Of a stretch of 64,000 nt of DNA, positions 50,160 through 63,289 are shown in pieces. The first letter of the stretch is position 1. Every line of letters begins with the position of its first letter. The notes below the pieces were generated by a model. It was not told the DNA's origin, ran no database searches, and saw nothing but the letters and a program-made list of their open reading frames with translations. The position numbers were made by a program, and so were the translations under genes. Source of the DNA: Octopus bimaculoides (Eukaryota); contig NC_068981.1 of the NCBI RefSeq assembly GCF_001194135.2, positions 55,833,153 to 55,897,152 on the forward strand, given 5' to 3'.

Positions 50160-51540
50160 ATCTGAGAGATGAGTTGTTCATATCCTGTTGTTGGAACTGA
50201 TATTTCTATAACTTAGGCACTTAACTTTCAAATGGCATTATCTACCTAGCTATAAACAAGTAGCAAATTATACTGATATCAACAGTATCACCATAAAATT
50301 GATGAGCATTTCTTTAGTTTGCTATAACCAAGTTCAGTTTCTTCAGCAGGTATATTTAGGGGAAGGAGATCTTCACTGAATAGAGTTGCTATAAATATGT
50401 AACATTAACACCAAGTTTTCAGTGATGTTCTTATGACTTGATGGATTATGATATTCATTATCAACAATGGTTGTCGTGTATGAATTCATGGCCTGTGAAT
50501 GAAAAGAACAGTACTTCTCATACAGTGTCATTGCATCTTCTCAAGATTTATTAATAAATTCTGTTGTGGCATAGTTATAGATACATTATACAAGTAACCT
50601 AAATCAATATAACTTAAAAACAATATGCACCACTTGTTTCGAGTTTGGTGATTTGTTTTGTTGGGTTGGTTCCTGATGTAAATATTTTCTTGTGTCTTCC
50701 AGCAGTGAATAACTGGTGTAAAAATTGTTGAAATTTTTATTGTATACAGATAGTTGTCTGTTGTAAACTACTACACATTAATCAACTGTTGAATTTAACT
50801 TATTTATGTGTTGGAACCATTTGTAGTTTTGGTCATGTTAGGATGATGTAGAACCTTCATAACACTTTTGGTTGCAAAGGTACTACCAAAATTTTTTGTG
50901 TTCAAATAGTATATAAAGGAATTCAACATATTACTGCAAACTAGTGAAACACTTAATTTTTCAGTGATATTTCTATTTACAGCTAGATGGACTGTAGTTT
51001 AAGATAGGTCTCTTGGTTATGGATTCTACTTATGACAAGAAAATGAACATTCAAGCTTCTGGTGAATGTTTGATTAATCTATTTGGCTGTATGCACCCTC
51101 AGCAGTGCCATATAGCAATAAAAAAGGAGTAATGCTCATTTCAACCATTAATTTGGTTTTATACCTGGGTTGACAAAAACAATGAAGTGAAAAGGTAGCA
51201 TAATTGTTATTAAAATAACTCCTAATAATTTTCCCCAAAATTGATAGCATATGTTTCAGATCCAGTTCTCATTGTAGAATTCTTAGACATTTTCAATCAA
51301 ATTGAATTCATTTGGTCATTGAGCTGCCCAATGGCAAACCAGCTGATGTAAAAAAAAACAACAAAAAAACAAACAAAAAAAAAACCCAAACAACTCTGCA
51401 TGTCTTTCCACTTTTATTCTTTTGTGATATTGAGTTAATGATAGCTCTTCTCTTCTTACGCATTTAGAAGAGATTTTTCTAGTACCATTATAGAAAACTG
51501 CTATTTGATGACCATTAGCTCTAAACAGAATTCTGCAAAA
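50160..51540 (-). mobile_element. Possible highly decayed piggyBac transposase
   Basis: Remnants in the expected order: WSSN..F, VMKVL, FTTDNY, IRNQPNK, FYGDTVDISI, resembling YWST, VVLRL, VTTDNFY, GTIRKNK, LF.GIVDIA; no termini identified. Confidence 0.35.
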
Positions 51541-52387
51541 CACCTGTTTGTACTTGATCTTTATTCCATCATTCAATCACATTCTTTTTAAGTGTTTGTT
51601 GCATTTGATAATACCTGTAATTTCTTACCACTTCTGTATTTCTTTGAAAAGCCTTTGTAGTTTTCAATGTATCTCAGAAGCAGTAACGAAAATAATGCAA
51701 GTGTATGCAAAGCCTGTATGCAAAGACATATGTCTACAGAGGTATGAATGTGTACATGTGTATGTTAAGATGAGCATGTGAATATGTTCATTTGTGTGTG
51801 TGTATTCAAAGGCATGTATGTGTATGCATGTATATGTGCATTGGAATAATGCTTGTACCATCATTTGTCATCTGCTTGCTACTTACTGTTGATATTACAT
51901 GAGATTTCAATCTTTACATCATATGTATATTTCTAGAACCATTCAGCTAGTGTGACAAGTTTATATAAATTCCATGTTTAAAATATAAGTTGAAAAAAGT
52001 CCTCAGTTTCAGCAACTGAAATATCAGTAGTTGGTGTCAGTTTTTTGCATTTTATTTATTCATTCTTTATCTTTTATTATACTTATAATAAACATAATTC
52101 AGTGCAAGTTTAAGTTGTTGTTTATTCCCAGGTCAGTCTTGGTCTAGCACACTAATGAATTAAAGTTATTTCAGTCATGACTATCTCATTTTTTTGTATA
52201 TCTATGACTGCATTCTCTTTTTCAAAATAGTAGGGTGTAATTTGAAGGTGTTTGACCACTATTTCAAGCAAGTTGAGCAATGATATAGGAACTTCTGAAT
52301 GGCTCCTGAATTTACTACATATGACATTCAGTACATCACATTTTTAACTTGGTTATAAAATTATTACTTCACCTACTATTATCCAAG

Positions 52388-52426
<39 letters not shown>

Positions 52427-52429
52427 ATT

Positions 52430-53330
52430 AAGGTGACGAACTATTAGCATGCCAGGCAAAATGCTTATCAATATTTTGTCCAGCTTTACTTTTTGAGATC
52501 AAATTCACTGAAATCGACTTTGCTTTCATCCTTTTAAGGGGTTGGTAAAATACATACCAGTTGAGCACTGGGGTCAGTGAAACTGACTTACACCATCTGC
52601 TGTAATTGCTGACCCTTTGCCAAATTATTATTGTTCTTATTCTTATTATTTGGTTTCAAATTTTTCAAAGGCAGCAACCTGGCAGAATTGTTAGTGTGCT
52701 GGGCAAAATCTTTGGCATTTTGTCTGTCTTTATGTTCCGAGTTCAAGCTCCACTGAGGTCGACTTTGCCTTTTATTCTTTCAAGGTCGATGAATTAAGTA
52801 CCAGTGAAACACTGGGGTTGATGTAATTGATTAGTCCCCTCCCAGCAAATTTCAGGCCTTGTGCCTTTAGTAGACAGGTTTACTACTACTAAAAAGGTGT
52901 TGATATGGCTGAAGTATCAGTGTTGCAATAAATACTTTGCAGTAGTTCTCCCAACTTTTTGTTCTGCACACAATTCCCCTGGGTCAACTTACCTTTCATA
53001 CCTCTCAGATTTCTTAAATAACATATCAGACAAGTACTGTAGTTGATGGTATTGACAACTTTCCCACTCCCATTTAATATTGCTGGCCTTGTGCCTAAAT
53101 TAACATTGATTATTTTTTAGAGCAGTGAATTGGCAGAGTCATTAGAGCATTGTTCAGAATGCCTTGCAGTATTTTACCAGCTATTTATGTTTTGAGTTCA
53201 GTTCCTGTTGGGGTCAACTTTACATTTCATTCTTCTGAGGTCAATAAAATAATGTATCAGTCAATTGCTGGGTTCCATGGTATTGACTAATCCGCCTCCC
53301 ATCAAAATTGCTGATCTTGTGCATATATTA
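52430..53330 (+). mobile_element. Cluster of three to four same-orientation tRNA-derived SINE copies
   Basis: Copies at about 52430-52625, 52670-52875 and 53125-53325, plus a 3' piece at about 53030-53105; each contains ttcatcc/ttcattc..aagtaccag..ggccttgtgcc variants. Confidence 0.85.
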
Positions 53331-54286
53331 AAAATTGTTATTGCATTTTTATTATATTCTATAAAATCTTTCTTTTTATGTCATTTAATTTTTTCTTTTT
53401 ATAACTGTGTGATTTCATACAGAGGCCCATCTTTATGTTTTATTGTAATGCAATCATTTTTGATTAAACATGTGTTAAGATTTTAATATCATCATATATA
53501 AACAAATTTTGGTAAGTTGAGATAAATTTGATCTCTTGTATTGATGAAACTAACATTTTCTCTTACAGAACTAAATATTTTATCAACTAAATAATGTTGC
53601 TATAGTAATTTAGATTTTCCCCCATCTCTTTGAAAGGAAGGGGTAAAACAAACACATAAGTCCACCTGAGAATTAAATGTGACTGTTTATTTTAGTTTGT
53701 TCCTTTCTTGTCAAGTCTATCTTATATCTTTTTCTTTTTCCTGGATTTGTTTAAAATAAATGTTTTCATTTTTCTTACTGTATTATTAAAGCACTTTGCT
53801 ACTTTGCTTACAACATATGGTGCAAATGTTTGAAACTATCAAAATATTATGTACCACAGGATGTTTCATATATTAACAGTTTCTCATAACATTTACAAAT
53901 TCAGTAAGGGGATTAATTCCTGGCATTACACTGTTTATATTGAACTAAGCTTGAGTTGTAATTATATTCAAGAAACAAAAAAAAGAATGAAACAAGCAAA
54001 CAAAGCATAGACTGATTTCACAAGATAGTGTTCGTATGTTCTGCTAAAGAAATTCATTTTTCACATGAAATCCAATCCTAACTTAATAGAAAAAAAAAGT
54101 AACTATTTCTCAAGCTAAAAAAGAGGCTTCTATGCAGTCCCTTTTAAGCTGTTTAATGTAGCAAGTAATTTTTATGACTGCACACTCCATGGTCTTTAAA
54201 ATGGATACTATATCTTAAAGTCCTAAATCTTGGTACAGCACATCTTTATCACACTGCCATGCCTGCTTCTGCAGTCATTCTTGTAT

Positions 54287-54317
<31 letters not shown>

Positions 54318-54539
54318 TGTATGTGTGTGTGAATGTATGCATGTATAATATACTGTTTGTTGATTCAACAATGATGTCCTCCTTCGTCTTCAGTTCTACC
54401 ATGTCTCTTATGAGTTCATGATATATCATAAGACCAGTACAAAAATGTCAAATCTATAAACAAACTGGACATAGTAAAGAGCTACATTGTTGGTATTTAG
54501 TGACTGAATTTGGCAATGATGATGAGTAACACTTCCATT

Positions 54540-54750
54540 ACATTTTGCTTGGTGCATTCAGCTTCAAATTGTTGTACAGTGTTGTAGGTAACTCTTTAGC
54601 ACACCTTCCAAGGAATTATGCAAGCAAGAAGGATGCACTTCAATTTGTCTTTCCAATGAGTCCGAGGACCACATGTGAAAAGAGCCTATTGTTAGCTCAC
54701 CATAGAGCATTATGCTTGGCAGATGGGGCTGTCCATACAGATTACATGAT
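54540..54750 (-). mobile_element. RTE (BovB-like) LINE C-terminal fragment
   Basis: QPHLPSIMLYGELTIGS resembles RLPK.MLYGEL..G.R. Confidence 0.65.
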
Positions 54751-54767
54751 CCATTAATATGGGTATA

Positions 54768-54831
<64 letters not shown>

Positions 54832-54914
54832 CACATACACATAGCTACATGTGTATATATATATATATTTATATATAGATACATGTGTATGTGTATACAG
54901 GGTGTGGTGCATAA

Positions 54915-55250
54915 ACTTTTGCTGCATATTACAGATGATACAAAGACATATTCCAAGAGGAATGCAAGGGATGGTCTAGTGAAAGGAAAGTAAGACTCCT
55001 TTTGCGAAAGCTTGCTACTCTGGAACACAAAAGTTTTTGTAACTTTATTTTGCCGAGGAAATCCGCAGAGTTGTGTTTTGATGAAACGATAAATATTTTG
55101 ACTAATATTTTTAGTTAGAAAAGTTCACAGTTTAACATTTGATGCGAATGTTTAAATTTAAAGGAAAATGACTCCAATGATTTTGTAACATATGCTGGTA
55201 TGGTTAATAAGGCTTGCGAAAGGTTTAAGCTGGAAGGTTTACCTGAACGA
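54915..55250 (+). mobile_element. Second gypsy Gag fragment, homologous to 7839..8720
   Basis: FAAYYR*YKDIFQEECKGWSSERKVRLLLRKLATLEHKSFCNFILPRK..DFVTYAGMVNKACERFKL aligns with FEAFYQRFEQIFEKEC..DFTTYAGRVNRECKRFKL. Confidence 0.85.
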
Positions 55251-55256
55251 AGGATT

Positions 55257-55770
55257 ATCACATAGCTAGCTAGAGGTGATGACCTCTTGGAGCTAATCAA
55301 CGGCAGCATTCCTCCTATTTTTGGGACTGCCATGTTGGCTTGGCGATAACTATTAATATCCAGTGTCGCTGCTGTAGTCTCCTTTAGAGAAACTTAGAAA
55401 TATTAATATTTCTATTTTTGAAAACCAGTGGATGTATTCCACTGCATTTAGGCAAATAATCCTTCATACAGACGGTCAGTAGCGACACCTGTTGGGTTCA
55501 GCTACTCTACATTGACCAGGGACAATACCCCGAAACTAGTCTGTAGATGCCAGACCAGCAAGGGGAAGCGGCTGACCTCCCCTGTTCGAAGGTTATTATG
55601 GACACAGGTTTGTGTGTCACATAGCTAGCTAGAGGCGATGGCCACTTGGAGCTAATCAACGGCAGCATTCGTCCTATTTTTGGGACTGCCATGTTGGCTT
55701 GGCAATAGCTATTAATATCCAGTACCGCTGCCGTAATCTCCTTTAGAGAGAATTAGAAATATTAAGATTT
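55257..55770 (+). mobile_element. Retrozyme-like or PLE pseudo-LTR unit with terminal redundancy and a hammerhead
   Basis: 151-bp direct repeats 55261-55411 and 55620-55770 (13 mismatches), period 359 bp; hammerhead motif at 55507-55546. Confidence 0.65.
55507..55546 (+). ncRNA. Degenerate minimal type I hammerhead ribozyme
   Basis: CUACA-uUGAcCA-GGG-acaaua-CCCC-GAAA-CUAGUC-UGUAG; perfect 5-bp stem I, palindromic ACUAGU stem III, GUC triplet; two core substitutions. Confidence 0.65.
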
Positions 55771-55839
55771 ATATGAACAGAGACACTCACAGATGGAGAC
55801 AGTCGCAGACGGTCTCGAACAGACATGAAGACAGGCTCA

Positions 55840-56110
55840 GACTGGCACAAATAGACATGCAGGCACAGACAGACCAGTACGAATAGACACGCAGGCACAG
55901 ACAGATAGACAGACACATGCAGACAGACAGACAGACAGACACATGCAGACAGACAGACAGACACATGCAGACAGACAGACAGACACATGCAGACAGACAG
56001 ACAGACACATGCAGATAGACAGATACATGCAGACAGATAGACAGATACATGCAGACAGACAGACAGACACATGCAGACGCATGCAGACAGACACTTACAG
56101 ACAGAGAGCT
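55840..56110. repeat. (AGAC)n-derived minisatellite with recurring gacacatgca units
   Basis: Direct observation. Confidence 0.9.
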
Positions 56111-57599
56111 GAGTAGAATGAGAGTCTTATAGTGAAAGAACAATTTTCAAGTCAACCAAGTAAAATTCATTAGAAGTATTTTGTATTCATTTACTATTTT
56201 AGAAAATAAGTATTTATGGAAATGTCTATTAACTGTCAAAGGTAAGTAATTCTAATGAAGTTAACATCAAAGCATGTTATAGAAGACTTATGCATTGCTG
56301 GGATGGTTTGGAAAACTCATGTTGTAAGATTGACTCCAAAATAGGAAAGTTTTCACAATGTGATACATAAGTTAATTACAAACTTTTCATTTATGTGATT
56401 CATTTTATTACATCACTTGTGTTAAATATGCTTGCTTTTTCATGTTATGGAAAGGGTCAATGCCACCAAGTTACACTTAAAACTTAATGATTTACAATAT
56501 CATTGTTGCAAATGGTTATTTGGCTGGTTTAACTTTCTACTTCATCCTTCATGGGTAGTGGGGGCATTATAAAGACTATTTATGAGACAGTTATTTCATC
56601 AGGAGATAACTGGTATTGATTTAATTGCTTACAAGCAATTAAGCTTGGTGTTTTAGGTGAAGAAACATTAATTATCTATGGCTTTACCTTGAAAATTAGC
56701 TTCAGATATATTTGGATTTGTTTTAACTTAGCAAATGGACAGTTTTTGTAAGAAAAGTGCTACAGTTGATTGAAAGGTCTTGAGAATGTCATTAGTTCTT
56801 ATTTTTTCAGGGAATCTTAGTTTGTATATAACTTGAACAAAAACAGAAAATGAAACTAAAAACAAAAAAATATTTGGTCCACACTCTACTTTTCTACCTA
56901 CCTCTACTCCAAGAATGAAATAATACTTGTTCTCTAGCATTTAAAATTCCACCAATGGAAAGCAGAAGGACTGGAATTTAGCTGTTAAAGCCAGCCAGAA
57001 TTTCATAATATACATAGTTAAAAAGAAAAAAAAAAAGAGATATATTTTCTTTCTGTAAAAAAAATAAATATCCACCAAAATCCATTTTTTGTTTATTCCC
57101 TACTTGTATCCACTAGTTGTTAGATATAACACTGATGAATCTAATAAGATCCAAGTTACTAGATACATTCTTAAGTTCTCTTCCCTAAAATAGTTATGGC
57201 TTGTTGATGCCAGTCTAAAAATAATCTTTCATCTTAATTATTTGTTTTCTTCAAAATGCTGTGTTTATTATTCTTTTAACAGAAAATCTAAATAAATAGA
57301 ATTTAATATAATTAAAGAAAAAGAAATGACACAGAAATGTTGTTTTCTAGAGATGTATAGCAAATTAATTGTTAAGGTATTAGATGTATAATTTAATAAC
57401 CAGTTTTAAACCCTGTACTCTACCCTTAAGCAAGGCACTATATTCTGTTTGCTTTAAACTTACCTCGCTGAAAATAGATACTATCAGTTAAAATTTACAC
57501 AACTTGAATAATAGAAGATAGAGAGAGAAAATAACATGCATAAGAACTAGAATGGTTTTATAAGCCCAGTTCACCTGGAGTTTATTTCCACTCCAGGGT

Positions 57600-58330
57600 A
57601 GCCACCACTGCCACCATCATCATAAATGTTATCATCATCATTCAACATCCATTTTCCTTGCTGGCACAGGTTGATTTGTTTGGCAAGGTCTGATTAGTTG
57701 GAGGAGTTTGTCATGCTCCAATCTCTGCCTTTGCATGGTTTCTATGGCTGGATGTCCTTCCTAGCACCAATGACTTTATTGAGATACACCAAATATGTTG
57801 AGCTTTATCACGACTATCTCTAGTGGACCAGCACTTTCTGTACCTTCATAGCTTTGATCACGTTAGCTAATGCACTGTTGTCAACTTGAATTGTCAGACT
57901 TTTTGTAGATATGATGTAGCCCTTTTTTTTTGTCATGCACTCTCCACATTTCATAGCCTCCCTCAATAGCACTTCCTTGTACTTTGTCTTCTACAGCAAT
58001 GGCACACATGCCTTTATCATTGCAAATTCCCTTCTTTCCATAACATCTTGGTTCTCTCTATCACTGTCTTGAAATCCTGAACACCTCATGCCACTGACCT
58101 TCATGTTGCAGAACATGTGCAAATCTCTTCCTTTCTGCCTTTTCCTTATCTAAATATACTTGCTGCCTAACTGCTGCTTTCTATTATCATCTTCTTTCCA
58201 GGTCTTCCAAGCCTGTTCTTAGCTTTTACAGCCTTATTCACCATATCATTTTGTCACAACATTGCCTTTGGTTTGATTGGGGCTTTGCACATCTGATCTG
58301 TAACCCTAAGGAAATTATTTCTTTAGATTC
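57600..58330 (-). mobile_element. SINE tail plus RTE LINE linker fragment
   Basis: catcatcattcaacatccattttcc..ggatgtccttcctagc; followed by a stretch similar to 60900-61200. Confidence 0.65.
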
Positions 58331-59157
58331 CTAACTTTCAACTATGTTACAGGTATCTAAATCCTTCTCCTACAGTCATTCATGGCAATTAAAATTTCAT
58401 TCAGCCTATAACCAGCAGCAGGTTATTTTAAGCTGCCATTCCTTCCCTCTCCATATTAACTTCTGTTTTTTTTTTTGTGACTGCCTAACCCTAACTCTGA
58501 AGTACTACCTGTGTTAGGTAGTGCATTCTTCACCAGGAAAAGTTTTCATATTTACAAAGGTCTGTCTATTCTATTTCCTGGTGAGAATGAAATCTGTCTT
58601 GGGTGCTTGCCAGTTTGGTAGATAATGAGATGGTTGGTTGGTTTTTTGAAGTGTATGTTGCAAATTTTTACATTAGTTGCATCTCAAAACTTCAGGTGCC
58701 TTAGATCTTCCTCAATTCTCATACGATATCCCCATGGATATCAAGAAAAACAATATAGTGTTGACCAACATGCCCATTAAAATCATTAATGCTTTTAAGT
58801 AAGTATTAAGTATTATGATTTAATTCACACACAGGATGCTTTATTTGAATTTTATTTGACCCTAGTACTTGACTAATATTTTAATTTATTAATCTTCAAT
58901 TAAACACAATTGATCTAGCTTCTAACTTCACAGGCATTAACACACATTTCATATTTCATATTTTATTACTTTGAGTTCATATGAGTTATATAACTTGCTT
59001 GCTTCAGNNNNNNNNNNNNNNNNNNNNNNNNNNNNNNNNNNNNNNNNNNNNNNNNNNNNNNNNNNNNNNNNNNNNNNNNNNNNNNNNNNNNNNNNNNNNN
59101 NNNNNNNTATATATATATATATATTTATGTATATCTATTTATATTTTATTTTTTCAG

Positions 59158-59203
59158 CTAAATTGTGTATTGTTTGGGGATATGAAATGCAAAGGAAATT
59201 CTG
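59158..59203 (+). other. Candidate 46-bp exon
   Basis: Acceptor ttttattttttcag and donor CTG|gtgaga. Confidence 0.35.
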
Positions 59204-59639
59204 GTGAGATATTCAGTGAGAGCCATGAGTAGTAATATCATCTGTATTGCCCTTGATGATGGAACAAGAATTAATTTTAACAAAGGAGATGCTTTAATTT
59301 TGAAGAACTTTAGTTAGGGTTAATATATCAGCAAAAGTATCTAAGTTACTATTTATAAAAGGAAGTGCTGTTATATATCTTTTTTTTCTAGTTTTAAATA
59401 GTTCCCCTCAGTATTAGTATACAGCTTTGTTCTACTTTGAGTCATTGCTTGGTTATTTTTGCTGGTTTATTTATGTTGAAAATGTATCTGCATTTCATTT
59501 TTTCAAGTACGTTTACCTTGTTAGTAATCTAAGTGCTTGCTTTCTTAATTCGTGTTAGACATCCTGCTCTTGCCAACATTGCAAATTTATGTGCTAAGGA
59601 AAATATTTGCAATTTACATCCCACAGTGTACCTGAACTT

Positions 59640-61240
59640 AGAAAATTTTCTTGACTCTTTGCACACAGGCATCATACAGTCTGCTTTTTACTCTGAGAGG
59701 CCCTTCGCTACCAGCATAAGTAGGAGCTCTTTGAACTTTGCCTAGCTTATTCTTATTCTAGCAGCTATACTCTCAGAGCATCCACCCTTGTTACTGACTC
59801 AGTCACCTAGGTAACGGAAGCTATTGACTACTTCTAATTTTCCCTCCTGGCATGTGATGGAATCTGTTTTCTGTATATTTTTGGTGTTTATTGCACATGT
59901 GCACCTTCCACACACAAAAACTATCTTCCCTGTTACCTATCTTCCTCTGATATTGCTGCACCTCTTACACTGGGTACATCGTATGGAGTTTCTACCTATA
60001 CCTTTTCTACAAATTAAGCAGGGCCATCTTCCTGAAAAGATTTGTGATTTGTCTGCTTTTCTCTTACTAAGACTTTGGTTTTTGCTAGATTAAATTTAAG
60101 GCCCTTTGATTCTAGACCTTGCTTCCACAGCTGAAACTTCTTCTCTAGTTCTAATAGTGACTCATCTATAAGAGCAAGTTCATCAACATAGAGGAGTACT
60201 CAGATGCAGCCTGTCTTGAATTCCTCTGTTATCACCTGGAGGACTATGATGAATAGGAGGGGGCTGAGGACTGATCCTTGGTGAACCCCTACTTGTAGCC
60301 TGAATTCTTTGCTGTACTCATTTCTAACCTGCATCTTACTGACATAATTCCTTCACATGGCTTGTACAGCTCTCAGCAACCACTCATCTATCCCTATTTT
60401 TCACATTGACCACCAGATAATGGATTGCAGGACCCTGTCAAAGGCTTTCTCCATGTCAACAAAAGCCAAGTACAAAGGTTTATCTTTGACTAGGTAGTTC
60501 TCCTGCAGCTGTCTTAACAGAAATATAGCATTAGTGGTGCTTTTCCCAGGCACAAAACCAAACTGCATCTCATCTAAACTAACTCTCTCCCTAATTAGTT
60601 GGTCTATGACCCTCTCCATGACTTTCATCACCTGATCCAACAATTTGATACGTCTGTAATCATTTCTGTTTAAGGTGTCACCTTTGTAGCACTTGACTAT
60701 GGTGCTGCTACACCAGTCATTCGGTACAACTTCTTTGTGTATCAGCTGATTAACTATATGGGTGAATAGAACATAGCCTACACTACCAGATATTTTAAGC
60801 ATTTCAGCCATGATTCCTGATGGGCCAGGGACTTTTCCTGTCTTCATATCCTTAATTGCTTTTTCTACAAAGGCACTGTCAATTCAGATAGGTGGCCCCT
60901 CAGTTAGGTCAACATTTGGCAGACTCCCTTTCTCCCATTCATTCTCTTCATTTAGTGACATCTCCAAGTCCCTTTCTTTGCAGCATCATTAAATGCAAAT
61001 GTGCCATCATCCATGCATACACATTTCTCTCCTATGACATCACAATTTTCTCTCACACACTGTCTTGCAATTTGAAAGACTTAAAGTCTCTGGTCCTCGT
61101 AATGCAGAATATTGTCAAATCTCTTCTTTTCTGCTCCCCACTGGCTAAGTAAACCTGTCTCCCAGCTTCCCTTGTGGCTATCTGATACATTTCCTTGCTA
61201 CTACCACACTTTCAGTCCTGTTTGTTGTCCCCAATGGCTA
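59640..61240 (-). mobile_element. RTE LINE reverse transcriptase region (largest piece in the window)
   Basis: ORF 60401..60847 (GKVPGPSG..QFGFVPGKST..FVDMEKAFDRV) continues as GVHQGSVLSPLLF..LLYVDEL..KFNLAKTKV. Confidence 0.93.
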
Positions 61241-61261
61241 TATCTATCTATCTATCTATCG

Positions 61262-62175
61262 GTCTTTCTATTTGCATCTGTCTGCCTGTGTCTGTCTGCC
61301 TGTGTCTGTCTGCCTGTGTCTGTCTGCCTGTGTCTGTCTGCCTGTGTCTGTNNNNNNNNNNNNNNNNNNNNNNNNNNNNNNNNNNNNNNNNNNNNNNNNN
61401 NNNNNNNNNNNNNNNNNNNNNNNNNNNNNNNNNNNNNNNNNNNNNNNNNNNNNNNNNNNNNNNNNNNNNNNNNNNNNNNNNNNNNNNNNNNNNNNNNNNN
61501 NNNNNNNNNNNNNNNNNNNNNNNNNNNNNNNNNNNNNNNNNNNNNNNNNNNNNNNNNNNNNNNNNNNNNNNNNNNNNNNNNNNNNNNNNNNNNNNNNNNN
61601 NNNNNNNNNNNNNNNNNNNNNNNNNNNNNNNNNNNNNNNNNNNNNNNNNNNNNNNNNNNNNNNNNNNNNNNNNNNNNNNNNNNNNNNNNNNNNNNNNNNN
61701 NNNNNNNNNNNNNNNNNNNNNNNNNNNNNNNNNNNNNNNNNNNNNNNNNNNNNNNNNNNNNNNNNNNNNNNNNNNNNNNNNNNNNNNNNNNNNNNNNNNN
61801 NNNNNNNNNNNNNNNNNNNNNNNNNNNNNNNNNNNNNNNNNNNNNNNNNNNNNNNNNNNNNNNNNNNNNNNNNNNNNNNNNNNNNNNNCTGCCTCTGTCT
61901 GTCTGTCTGCCTCTGTCTGTCTGTCTGTCTGCCTCTGTCTGTCTGTCTGTCTGCCTCTGTCTGTCTGTCTGTCTGCCTCTGTCTGTCTGTCTGTCTGTCT
62001 GCCTCTGTCTGTCTGCCTGTGTCTGTCTGCATCTATGTATCTATTTATTTCTGTCCATGTCTGTCTATGTCTTTCTGTCCATGTCTGTCTATGTCTGTCT
62101 GTCCATGTCTGTCTGTGTCTGTCTGTTCATGTCTGTCTGTGTCTGTCTGTCCATGTCTGTCTGTCTATGTCTGTC
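61262..62175. repeat. (TCTG)n/(TGTCTGCCTG)n satellite spanning a gap
   Basis: Direct observation; gap at 61352-61888. Confidence 0.95.
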
Positions 62176-63289
62176 TAATGAATTGGCGGGTATGGAAAGA
62201 TGAAGCTAAATAGCAGTATTTGTTTTGTTTTGAACAAAACTGCTTTTGAGATCATTTCTGTCTTTCTTGCCATATGAGGTAATTTTCCAATGTAGGCACA
62301 TGACCACAACTTTTGGGAGAGAGTTGTTAATGAAATCAATCCCAGTGCTTTACTGTTACTTTAATATAATAATACAGTTTATAAAATAGCATTGTTTCTC
62401 TTGACCCCACCTGCTTCTCTTATCAAAATTAAGCTGTCTTATTGGAGTATGGAAAATATATGTAATATATATATTTTAATATGTATTTGTATTATAGAAA
62501 ATATATGGGAAAAACATGCAGAGTTTCCATATGTGTATAGTTGTACAAGTGTGACCTATGGACCATTACATTTTACATTTGCCAGCCAAATTAATGTAAA
62601 ATAATTTTTAATATTTGACCTTTGCTATATATTCTTCTGTGTTATATATTTCATTATATTTTGTGCTTCATTTTTCTTTTCATTTGCTGTGTAGCTAAAG
62701 GTGTTATATAACTGTTGTTGCCTCACTGGCTAGCTAGGTAATTCCCAATTCCTACATGTACAAAGATGTAACTGGGGAAAAAAAATTAATGCAAGATAAC
62801 ATTTTGTATGAGTTTAAAACCCCACATTCCAAATTGGAGAATATTATAACTAATGTTTGATAACAACTAAAAATTCTAAAATAAATGAATTCTGTTTTTG
62901 TGTACATGTCAAAAGGCAAATTTCATTTGTGTCCATTTGTGTTTGCACAGGATTTTAAACTGTTTTCTCTTTTTGAATCTTCAGTAAATTTTTTTTTTAG
63001 GTTATATGTCTTTTTGTGTGTGTCACTGGAATGATTTCATGTCAGAGAAACTAAGATGGTACTGTAGTGCTCACTAAAATTTAGTGAATTTTTATACTCT
63101 TCCCCATCACATATATATGTGTACAGCATGCATGTGTAGAGATATGTATATGTGTATATCATTGTGTGTGTGTGTGTGTGTACGTACATATAGATATGTA
63201 AATACTGCTAGACATATAGTTACAGATATCTAGAATATATATATGTTTGTGTTTCTTGAACTGTGCTTGACTGCAACAATCTCAAAGGA

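Noticed and set aside
61112-62213. ORFs of 254-363 aa
   Set aside because: Made of TCTG satellite and N-gap; the same applies to ORFs at 31551-31991, 35502-35770, 49332-49640 and 55743-56143
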